Shown: positions 23,401 to 32,554 of the stretch, piece after piece
Position numbering within the stretch: position 1 is the first letter of the stretch
Layout of the letters: every line of letters begins with the position of its first letter
Assembly (NCBI GenBank): GCA_965644315.1
Contig: CBFFRQ010000068.1
Coordinates: 806,001-870,000, forward strand
Direction: 5' to 3'
Length of the DNA: 64,000 bases
Source of the DNA: Caecitellus pseudoparvulus
Taxonomy: Eukaryota > Protista > Bigyra: Bicosoecida
Translations under genes and position numbers: made by a program
The notes under the pieces: generated by a model
The model's database searches: none
Told to the model about the DNA's origin: nothing
What the model saw: only the letters and a program-made list of their open reading frames with translations

Positions 23401-24761
23401 CCAGCGACCGGGGCGGCCTCCTCGTCGAGATCATCGGGAGCGGACTGCTCCTCAGAATCAGCCCCAACGCCAGAGAGATCCAGAGAAGACAGCCCCACCG
23501 ACGGCACGCTGCTATCAAACAAGTTCACGGGAGTTGCTTGCTGCGCCTCTGCCTGGCTTGCTGTTTCAGCCTTCCCTGCCTTGGGCGTTGGAGCGCTGGC
23601 AGCGGTGCGTCCGAGGTCGCTTGTGCTCTCAGCCTCCTCATCCCCGTGATCCGCCCAAGTGCCATGCAGGGCTGTGAAAGCCTCATCTTCACTCTCTGTG
23701 TCGGATTCAGGGGCACCAGAGCCGGCACCAAGCGCTGCAGTCGAGCGACCAGCAGGGCTGTGGCCCAGGACAGGCAGGCCGTCGAAGGAAGTGGACGCGA
23801 CTTGGTAGGGCAGGACGCGCTGCTTGCGACGGTAAAACGCAGGACTTCGCACAACCCAGGACACCACCCCATCATCGTACTGCATGGCTGTTGGCGTGCC
23901 CGGGTCCTCCTCACCACCCCCGCCCATTTCCACGCTGGCCACCACCTCGCCGGATGGCGTGGCTAGCGCGACGCTGCCAGCAGCAGCCCACAGGGGCTCT
24001 GAGGAAGCAAAGAGTGCCAGTGTGTGTGTAGACCTTCGAGAGGGGCTGGCATTCACCTCCTGCGCCGCTGTGGGCCCTGCGAATGCTGCCACCTGCTCCC
24101 CTGCCGCAAGCAGCGTCCCGGGCGGAAAGGTGAAGACCGCGTCGCCGTCAACACAGAGCTGCCAGCCAGCCAGGTCCACCCGGTGCCCGTCGCTTGCTTC
24201 ATCATCATCATGGGCAGCAACCTGCACCCTGCGCCCGGCAGCATCCACGGCCAAGGTTAGCGCCAGTGCTGGCTCGTCGGTACGCGGCGGACTGCCGGGT
24301 GGCGTGGAGGGCGAGGCAAGGACAGCACCCTGGCCACTGCCTACGTGAGGAGCTGCTTGACCAGTCCTGCGGGGGCTGGTCTGGGCTTTGTTGAGAGCAG
24401 GGGACAAGTCTGGCAAGTCGCCGACACCACCACCATCAGTGCTGCCGGAGGCGTTGAAGAGGTCCCGGCAAACGTCGTCACTGCCAACAGACTTGGGGGA
24501 AGCTTCCCCTTCGCTGGCAGACTGACTGTCCATGTGCTTGATGTACCTGTCCACCATGACCTCGCTCTGCACAACTGGGCTGGAAAACTTGACATTTCGG
24601 GCTGGCGTTTGAGCTTCCGCGTCGTCGCCTTTGCGAGGCCGCTTCTTGGCACTGGACAGCAGAAAACCCGCAAATGGCACGACATTCATGAGATAATCTG
24701 TGGCTGTTTCCATGATGGAGGACCGCCGGCGCTTCCTGCCGCTGACGCTTGGAGTGGCCAT
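20484..24761 (-). CDS. 1,425-aa lamin-tail-domain protein with NLS motifs and SLFG/SLLG repeats; putative nuclear-basket nucleoporin
   Basis: Single ORF. N-terminal RKRRR and KKRPRK; LTD-like block ~24270-23930 (VDLAGWQL...FTFPPGTLLAAGEQVAAFAG...LW...VALATPSGEVVAS); long S/T/P/A-rich disordered region; C-terminal GGSLFG/GGSLLG repeats. Confidence 0.75.
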   Translation of the reverse strand: MATPSVSGRKRRRSSIMETATDYLMNVVPFAGFLLSSAKKRPRKGDDAEAQTPARNVKFSSPVVQSEVMVDRYIKHMDSQSASEGEASPKSVGSDDVCRDLFNASGSTDGGGVGDLPDLSPALNKAQTSPRRTGQAAPHVGSGQGAVLASPSTPPGSPPRTDEPALALTLAVDAAGRRVQVAAHDDDEASDGHRVDLAGWQLCVDGDAVFTFPPGTLLAAGEQVAAFAGPTAAQEVNASPSRRSTHTLALFASSEPLWAAAGSVALATPSGEVVASVEMGGGGEEDPGTPTAMQYDDGVVSWVVRSPAFYRRKQRVLPYQVASTSFDGLPVLGHSPAGRSTAALGAGSGAPESDTESEDEAFTALHGTWADHGDEEAESTSDLGRTAASAPTPKAGKAETASQAEAQQATPVNLFDSSVPSVGLSSLDLSGVGADSEEQSAPDDLDEEAAPVAGSGVSPARGPAPVASGEVASTVSYSAAQQRSPSPTPAAESGIASVNLFALPSTDPPSQPWVPHASSSAFADDSLASSSLPLQSGWTPSLLPDSGARAAPTAPATEPSSPVLDTSLASVHSLSVGGPSLLASGAKSAGRRRSGVRARYRPSRGERALLGTPAASVALSTPAQAAALQAPRSRLFSAATGGRSAMMGASMAWQAAEEPHASPEADTAASADVAARVAATLADISSEVEATANVTARHSGSSGDFTSQLEAELGTQQPEATTTSPAPETQAQAQDGHSLQSATKTPKKTKSVSFAAKNQVHTLPASMSPATPDQAQSATSLLHTAGSTPFASSKSLLDTAGSTPFAPQTKSRTAASPGTPADAPSAPLIAATPAPPLVTSTAQDSTPMPGPGAEVGLLPLSANAQEDESSQYSFGSASTPARTTTVKFTFSPSAGSKASPAEQAAALALAQDEDGSEFPFSPPGTSGSAQGLAGLSTPGPAHRPTTAHAGVTPFHFSRPKATGLASLTTASSPASSRVATPHVLQAAPSTTQASSSLLMGLPTPSRAVTSTARSPASTPNSPSSSTVPPSSGGSLLGTSTSAPASGGSLFGSVGPAAASSDAAAPVSGGSLLGTSTSAPASGGSLFGSVGTAAASSDAAAPVSGGSLLGTSTSAPASGGSLFGSVGTAAASSDAAAPVSGGSLLGTSTSAPASGGSLFGSVGTAAASSDAAAPVSGGSLLGTSTSAPASGGSLFGSVGPAAASSDAAAPVSGGSLLGTSTSAPASGGSLFGSVGTAAASSDAAAPVSGGSLLGTSTSAPASGGSLFGSVGPAAASSDAAAPVSGGSLLGTSTSAPASGGSLFGSVGPAAASSDAAAPVSGGSLLGTSTSAPASGGSLFGSVGTAAASSDAAAPVSGGSLLGTSTSAPASGGSPPAQPIRSEVFGTIRADITGDRLKPPPRPDTGLLGSVGSPALATQRKLLLPPS
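20645..21668. repeat. Coding tandem repeat, 108-bp unit, ~9.5 near-identical copies
   Basis: Unit starts at 20645, 20753, 20861 ... 21617. It encodes GGSLLGTSTSAPASGGSLFGSVG(T/P)AAASSDAAAPVS on the minus strand. Confidence 0.95.
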
Positions 24762-25327
24762 GATGGTGTCCGGCCAATGTCCGCAGTTTGCCGCTGGTCC
24801 TTGCCTACGTGTTCAGGCAGCGCCTGCAGCTGTGCAGTGCTGGGCAGAGCAGCACAGCCTGTGCACACTGGACAGTTGACACCACCCTCAACAGCTGTTG
24901 GTGTGTGGCTTTTTGCGGGGCTGCCCGTTGGGAAGGGACCGTTCGCCTTCAACGGGGGGCTCGTGGCAGCGGAAATCGACACCCAGTGCCCACATTGGGC
25001 GGCGACAGCTCGCGATGGAGAAGGGGTCACAAATTGAGATGCTCCACTTCCAAGCTACAGGGTCAATGGGCTTATTGGAGGATCAGCCCAACCCCGTCGC
25101 AGACTTCGTCTGCACCAGGCTCGGCCGTCAAGTCGTAGGGGAAGTCTTGCCCTCTGTGCGGAGGAGAACACGAGTTTCGACGCCCTGCCGGCCCCAACCA
25201 CGCTCCATCTGTGCAAGCAGCTGTGAAAGGCATTCAGACAGCACGCAGTGGCCTTTCTTCTGCGATAGTCCAGAGCGGGCCGGCAGGAAGCCGAGGCGTT
25301 TCGTCGGCACGACGTTTCACGCCCACC

Positions 25328-26233
25328 ATGAGTTGCTGTGGTTCTGCACCTGCAAGCCCGTCTAGCGAGGCTCAGGCAGCACCGCCAGCCGGCAGGCTGC
25401 TGGTTGATTCCGACGCAGACGTGGAGTACATGAAGCTGGCGCTGGAAGTGGCAGCTGTCGCGTACAGGGAGGGCGAGCTGCCTGTGGGGTGTGTGTACGC
25501 TGACGCTTACACGGGGGAGGTGGTCACTGCCGCGGCGAACCGCACGAACGCCTCGTACAATGCCACCACCCACGCCGAGCTGGTGGGCATCAACTCTCTC
25601 CTGCACGGAGCTCCCGACCCGGCTGCGGCCTCGAAGATTTTCCGACGCTGCGTGCTGTATGTCACCCTGGAGCCCTGCATCATGTGCGCCTCGGCAGTGT
25701 CCCGAGCTGGCGTGCTGCGGGTGGTCTTCGGCGCTGGGAATGACAAGTTCGGGGGCTGCGGCTCAGTCCTGTGCCTCAACCAGCGCCAGGGCCTCGCTGC
25801 CGACAGCTGCTACCACCCATTCAGCACGAGGGGCGGAGTGCTGAAGGGGCAGGCTGTGGAGCTGCTGCGTCGCTTCTACTGCCAGCGCAACGTAAGGGCG
25901 CCCAAGCCACACAGGCGACGCCTGAGGGGGAAGGGCCCTCCACCTCTGCCCCCTGGAGATGTCGCTAGCTTGCCTGTGAGCGCGGCGGCGGCGGCTGCTT
26001 CCTCAGGCGTTCCCCGCGGCACCAAGCGGGACCGGGCGGGCGCAGCTGCAGCGGAGAGCGGCGAGGGGGAAAGTGAGGAGCAAGGCCTTGCGCCTTCCAG
26101 TCTGTTGGTTGCGGCCAGGCCTGTGTGTGCGGCCTTGCCGGGGGGCAGGGAGGCGTGCACAGTTGGCACCACTCCGCCGCAGCAGCCGCCGTCGCTGCCG
26201 CCGCTGATGGTGCCGAATGCATCGCAGTCGTAA
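25328..26233 (+). CDS. ADAT2: tRNA-specific adenosine deaminase 2 (A34 to I)
   Basis: YMKLALEVA...GELPVGCV, NRTNASYNATTHAE, LYVTLEPCIMC, VVFGAGNDKFGGCGSV and NVRAPKP. Confidence 0.9.
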   Translation: MSCCGSAPASPSSEAQAAPPAGRLLVDSDADVEYMKLALEVAAVAYREGELPVGCVYADAYTGEVVTAAANRTNASYNATTHAELVGINSLLHGAPDPAAASKIFRRCVLYVTLEPCIMCASAVSRAGVLRVVFGAGNDKFGGCGSVLCLNQRQGLAADSCYHPFSTRGGVLKGQAVELLRRFYCQRNVRAPKPHRRRLRGKGPPPLPPGDVASLPVSAAAAAASSGVPRGTKRDRAGAAAAESGEGESEEQGLAPSSLLVAARPVCAALPGGREACTVGTTPPQQPPSLPPLMVPNASQS

Positions 26234-26432
26234 GGCTTGGCAAAACTTGACACAACATGGCAGCACTGCTCCTGTGCGCGGCGGAGGTGCTGCAGCGCTG
26301 ACACACCCCGCATCTCCCCTCCTCGGCCTGCAACACGTGCATCTGCCCTGCGAGCCACTGCTTGCGCATCGAAGTGGTGTGCCGCACGGCTGCCCGCCCC
26401 GCTGCAGCAAGCAGACGTGGCACAGGTGAAGA

Positions 26433-29400
26433 ATGGCATCAGTAGATCGACATGTTCAGCAGGGAGGGAGAATGCACTCCTTTGCTCTGCCAGTGTGCAA
26501 GGGAGAGGTGTTAGCAGGTGGGTGGCGCAGCCTGGTGCACTGCACTTGGCCAACCGCCACGCCGAAGACGCCCTGCCTGCCACAGATCTGAATTGCCTGC
26601 GCGCGCCCACGGCTTTTGCGCCCGTGCAAGCAACACTAGCAGGTCCTTTTCTCGCCTTGAGCAGTGTGCGTGCTGTTGCCGCGCCGGGGAGTCCTGAGTC
26701 TCCCTTTGGCGCTTGGAGTTCACCCATCTGCCTGACCCGTCGCAGAGCTCTGCCAAGACTGCCTTCCTGCCGCTCACCCCTTCCACGGTGCTGGTGCCGT
26801 GCATGGTGCAGGGGCGCGTCGCTCTGCCCCATGATGTCATCGCCACTCACGTGCAGTGCCTTGCTGCCCCCGAGTCACCCAGCTCCAGCACTCCTTGGCA
26901 GCTGGCTCTGCTTGACTTTCCTCCAGGCCAGCTCCTCTCTGCAACGCACGGCTCCCCAGACACTGTCCGCTATGACGAAGGTGTTCAAGTGTCAGCAGAG
27001 GCGAGGGCTGGCGCGGCCACTGCTGGCGCCTCGCACTGCACCGTGGGTGTCCTGGCATTCCCAAGCTGGGACGCGCTCACGCGGTGGGCAGATGCCTTGG
27101 CTTGGGTGTGCCACACCTTGCAAGGGGGTGCGCCCTCCCTGCCGCCCACACGGGCTCCAGGTTTAGTGCTTGCGCCATTGAAGGGCATGAATGGCCTGGG
27201 CGCCTTGCCTCCAGCCAGCTTGGCGCCGACAGCTGCTGTAGCTCCTTCCAAACTGTTTGCTCGGCACTTGCCCGGAGTCCGCGTGCGTGTGGCACCCTCC
27301 ACACACGATGCAGTCTGTATCCTGTGGAAGGTTCCAACTGCAGGGACGCTGCCTGGCCGCATCACGGCTTTTACCTTGCACGGCGCGTATCTGGGCAGCG
27401 TGGAGGGCGTCAGCGACACAGGCGTGCCGCCGCGCGGGGTGGACATTTCTGGCGCTGCACCCGCCGTCGCCCTGGCTGCGTCCCTGGCCACTGCCTCGGC
27501 GGCTTCTGTGCAAACCAGCCTGGCGGCAGTCAGCGAGCACTTGCGGGACCACTGCACGGAGGCGCTCGCTTCGAGCAGTGTTCGCCTGCCCGCCGCTGCG
27601 GTGCGTCGCCTGCCTTCCAAAGCAAGTGAGGCATGGGCCTTGTCAGGGGACCAAGAAATGCTCCCTGTACCACTGGACCCACCAGGGGCGTTGTGGCACA
27701 TGGACATTGGGCACGTGGACGTGCTTGGCGCGGATTATTGGGGCAGAACCGCGCCTCCTGCCCTTGCATCCAGCTGGGCGCACACTGTGGGAACCGTCGT
27801 GCCTGACCTGCTCCCCCGCACCTTGCACGCTTTTGCTATAGCAGCTGAATCTGCTGCCGGTTGCAGCCCCATTTTCGCGGCGTCGAGCCCGGATGTGCTC
27901 GTTGTGAGCACGCGCCCGCTGCTTGCGCTGGACACGGGCTGTGGCATCTTGTACACGGAGACGCTGGGCACCCCCACCGCGCCAGGGCCGGCCGTGCGTG
28001 TGTATGGCTCCAACGTGGGAACTCTGGCTGTGTCCTGGCAGGCAGCTGCCTGTAGCCCTGGCGATGCCCCGACGACTGGCTTCGACGTGTGCGTGCTAGT
28101 GTTGCGCAAGGGGCGTGATGGTGACGGGCGCCCTGCACGCCCAGCTCACTTCCGAGACGAGGGAGAGGTCATGTGCGAGTGGAGGGAACACAGCTGCAAC
28201 GTGTTTTCGCTCGATGGCACGGTGCATCACCCCGTGCAGCCCACAGACTTGCTGGAGCCCCCCACCGTGCGGGAGGGTGAGGGAGCATGGCTGGACAGCG
28301 TGACCCGCCCCGCACAGCTGGACCAGCCGCCACGGCGCTGGGCCCTTGCAGGCTCCGAGCACTTTCTGTGCGTGAAAGGGCTCCCTCACAACAGCTGCAT
28401 TGCTGTGAAGCTGCGGGCAGTGAACGAGGTTGGAGCCGGGCCATGGGGCCCGCTCACGGCAGGCATGTGGACGCACTCTGCACCATCCCTGCGCATGCCC
28501 AAGCCCGCTACCCTGCAGCATGCCAGCACACCCTCCACAGTCACGCTTGCGTTCCCTCCTGCCACGCGAGGTCACCACGATGCAGTCATTTCAGGCTACG
28601 AAGTCCGCATCGCCGCAGCCCCCGAGGCGCAAGCCGGGTCCGAGTGGAGCCCAGGCGAGGGGGACTTGTGGGAGGTGCGGGCGCTTGGTGCGAACACTCG
28701 CGTGGTGGGGGCTGCCTCTCGGGCAGGCGAGTTGGTGCACGTCCTCAAGCAGCTGCCCAGCGATACGCTGCACGCTGTATGTGTGCGGGCACTGAATGAA
28801 GTGGGTCAAGGCTCCTGGTCGCACCCGGCGCTGGTGTGGACCACCGGCCCTCCCACAATCACTCCCCAGCCACCTCGTGTGGATCGGGCGCATTTTCATG
28901 GGCAGATTGCGGCTACGCTGCAGGAAGCGGGTGAGCAGGCGTTGGAGTGCCTGCCAGACATCACCGTGCACCCCATGTCGCAAGGCAGTGACTCCACACC
29001 TGCCCAGGCGCCTTGGATCATTCCTCACACTGGGTGGGTGCGAGACTCCCTGTGCGTGAAGGGCATTGGGCCGTCCAGTGCCATGCTTGTGTGGCCCGCA
29101 ACGGAGCTGGGGGGACACGATGACCCGATCAGCCAGTACACCGTGCAAGTGCTTGTCGCTGGCCATGAGGACGGCTGGCGTGACTGCATGGACGTCCCGG
29201 CAGAGGCAGATGAAGTGCATGCCTTGGTGACGGACCTGCCCTTGGCTGCCCTTGTGCAGTTCAGAGTGCAAGCGAAGAACGTTGTGGGCACTGGCCCGCC
29301 CGGGGAGGCGTCGCAGCCTGTACAGCTGCTGACGCCCCCCGCCGCAGCTCCGCCTCGCCCGTGGATCGCGGTGCCGGACCAAAGGCTGGCAGGCATGACG

Positions 29401-32400
29401 CCTGGCCTGCATTCAGACCTGCACAGTGCGCTGCAAGAGGCCCAGGGTGAACACGTGGGCCTGCCCCGGCAGGGCTTGGCCGGCGTGTCTGCCAGCTCCC
29501 TGCCGATTTGCTGGGGCCCGCAGTTGACCCAGACGCAAGACGACCACGCGGCGCTGTACCAAGGCCTGGCTCTGCAGGTGCAGTCCCAGCACGGCGAGCG
29601 GCACGTGTACCGCCTTGCCTCCACATCGTTGCCCGCCTGCACGCCTGCAGAGCTAGCGCACCTGCTGCCGACAGAGTGGCCTGCTGTGTCCCCCACGCGT
29701 TTGGAGACGTGCGCAGTAAGCAGCCTGCAGCCTGGTACGGCGTATCGCCTGCGCATGGCTTGGGTAAACTGTGTGGGGGCTGGGCCTTGGGGTGCGTGGA
29801 GTAGCACAGTGTATACTCTGGGCCCGCCCAGTGTTGCATTGCCAGCACCCAGCCCTTGCGACCGCTCCAAGTCCTCTGTGACCTTGCACTTGCAGAGCAG
29901 CGTCCCACGTGGCGAAGAGCGCATGGCTGTGCACCTGGCACACCACGACGAGCTGCCAACAAGCCTGGAGCTGCAATGGAAAGGCGTTTGCGAAGAGGGG
30001 GAGGGGAAGACAGGGAGGGTGACTCTGGCCGCTGCAGAAGCTGACAGCGCCACAGGCCTCACAGACCTGCACTGCCCGCCAGGTCCTGGTGTGCAAGGGC
30101 CCGTACATGGCTTGGGGTCTGTGCAAGTACGTATCGGGGACCTGACCCCCAACACTCAATACCAATTTCGCTGCCGCCTCAGCAGTGGGTCGGGTGCCGG
30201 GCCGTGGAGCGCTTGGAGCCCCAGTGGGGCCCCTTCCGGGCACACACTGGGACCACCCACTCTGTCAGTGCAGGAAACGCTCATCCTGGCGTCGCGTGCA
30301 CTCCCACCAGTGCCAGAGGATGTGCAGCGCAAGCTGTTCCCCGTGTCCACAAATGGCGCGGGCAAGCTTGCCTTCACACCTGCGCCAAGCGGGCCGCACG
30401 ATGATGCCATCACTGGCTATCGCATTGCATGGGTTGACGTCGGGCAAGCTATTGGGCGACCCGGGCCGTACCCTCTGCCCGCCTTGCCACCCGCTGTCTT
30501 GGCAGCCGTGGAGGACGGCGCATGTGGCTCGGAGCTGGAGGCGGCGGCGACCACCGCCCTGGCGTCACCATCTGCACAACTTGTCTTGACGCCCGACCTA
30601 GAGCAGGTGGAGGTGCCAGAGCTGGGTGCAGTCTTCTGCACGACTGTGCAAGGCTTGCGGCCTGGCCTCTTGGTTGGGTTTGCGGTGCAGGCTGTGAACG
30701 AAGTTGGAGTGGGCCCCCCATCACGCCTGCTGCTTTCCTGCTCGGCACTGACCAGCTGTGCGGTCCCCGGCGTCGGCTCGCTTTGGAGAGGGTCTTGCCT
30801 GGTCACGTGCATGGCCGCCCCTCTGCAGCTGCCGAAGCCAGTCGTGTGTGAAGATGGTGCGACGTGTCTTCGGGTTTGTCTGGGGCCAGCGGCCACTGCA
30901 CCTGACTCTGCCGACACTGGAACGCAAATTGCCACGTACAGCTGTGCTGAGCCACTGTCCATTGCAGTGCGCTGGTCGCGGGTGGGTGCTGATGGTACTG
31001 CGGTGGCGGTGGGCTGCACAACTGTACCCCTGCGGGGTTCCACCACACAGCCCCATCTGCTGAGCGAAGTGTTGGGAGCTTGGCAGCACACCGTGTCTGG
31101 CCTCGTCCCAGGCACTGCCTACACGGTTCAACTGGCACTGGCGCCACCCTCAGGCGAGCACCTGACATGGAGTGAGCCAACCCAGCCCATCAGCACCGTT
31201 CCGCGGCTCACCTTTGCTCACGCTCCAAAGTTAATGTCCATTGCCTGCGACTCAGGCAGCGCTGCCCTGCTCCTTGCGCTGGACCTTCCCGCAGAGGCAG
31301 ACGAGGCTGTGCGGCGAGGGTGGATCACAGGCGCCACGGTGATGACGAGAGTGCAACTGCTGCCCCCCAACCTGGTGCTGAGCTGTCCTCTGGAAAGAGC
31401 GCCTGAGGGGGAGTGGAAGACAGTTGCTGTGCCAGCACCCTCCTCCACGCCCAGTGCTGTGCAGCTGCAAGTGAAACTTGCGCCCCAGGAGCAACATGGC
31501 GCCTGTGTGCGCGTGCAGGCCACCAAGTCGTCCATGGCCATATCAGGCGCCTGCACCGCTGCAGCCAGCGCCACGCACACCTTCAGCGTGGACGCCCCTG
31601 TGAGGTTGGGGAGTGATTTGGTTCCCCTGCCACCGGGCGAGCTGTTGGAGTCGGTGCAAGCGGCGGTGGGTGAAGGGGTGCAGGCCCAAGCCACCACGCC
31701 TGCGGCAGCTGCCGGCGCACCAGCTACACCTGCCGCCCAAGGAAGTGCGACGGCACAGTACGGCATGTTGGTGTTGCGCCTGCACCTCGTCACTGCGGCC
31801 GGTGTGGGCACTGTCTCGGATTACTCTGCCATGGTGCCCTTTCGGTTGCAGACCGTGTCCACGGCACAAGCCTTGGCGGCACGGAAGCTGGGCGAACGCC
31901 TGGCTGCCGCACAGTGCGCAGCAAGGGAGGGCATTCAGGCAGCTCCACCACTGCAGCCATCGCCTTGCCCAGTGTCGCCCGCCACGCTGCGCCCGGCGGA
32001 AGGCCTCTTGCGCAGGCTGTCCAAGGCAGCCCCTCGGGTTGACGCTCCTCGAGCAAGATCGGCAGCCACTCCTCCTCCTCCTCCTCCGCCGTCCGAGCCT
32101 GCATCGACGCAGGCACCCATGGCAGGCGTGCCCCAGCCCGACCAAGAGCAAGGCGACGGCACCCCACAGGAGGAGGCGAAGTTATCCGCCCTGGGCTACA
32201 TGCCGCCGCTGTTCGAGGCGGATGAGTTGGAAGGGGCCAGTGAGAGTGACGGGGACGGTGAGGGTGAGGCGTGGGTGATGGCGCTGCTCTGTGCGGGTTG
32301 TGGCACAGGCAATGCGCTTGGCAGTCGAGCTTGCCGGCAGTGTGGTGCCCGCCTGGCCGTGCAGGGGCACGAGGCAGCATTTCCGTCACAGGGCCGGCCA

Positions 32401-32538
32401 CCCCCCATTTCAAGACCAGCAGAAGACACCGGAGCAGCGGTGGGAAGTGCTGGCGTCGGCAGCTGTGCACATTGCAGCACGCCGGCGTCCAGGCCTGGCC
32501 AAGCATTTTGTGAGGAGTGCGGTAAGAAACTGCATTGA
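26433..32538 (+). CDS. Large protein with PH-like N-terminus, multiple fibronectin type III repeats and C-terminal zinc ribbons
   Basis: Main ORF 26713-32538; the 5' exons in 26257-26745 are uncertain. FN3 F-G strand motifs LRAVNEVGAGPWG, VRALNEVGQGSWS, VQAKNVVGTGPPG, MAWVNCVGAGPWG and VQAVNEVGVGPPS. C-terminal CAGC..CRQC and CAHC..FCEECGKKL. Confidence 0.75.
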
Positions 32539-32554
32539 TGTGCTGCGGGACGTG

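Noticed and set aside
26695-26697. In-frame TGA upstream of the FN3 ORF as possible selenocysteine or readthrough
   Set aside because: It lies within a probable intron (GTGCGT...CGCAG); no redox motif or SECIS was seen.
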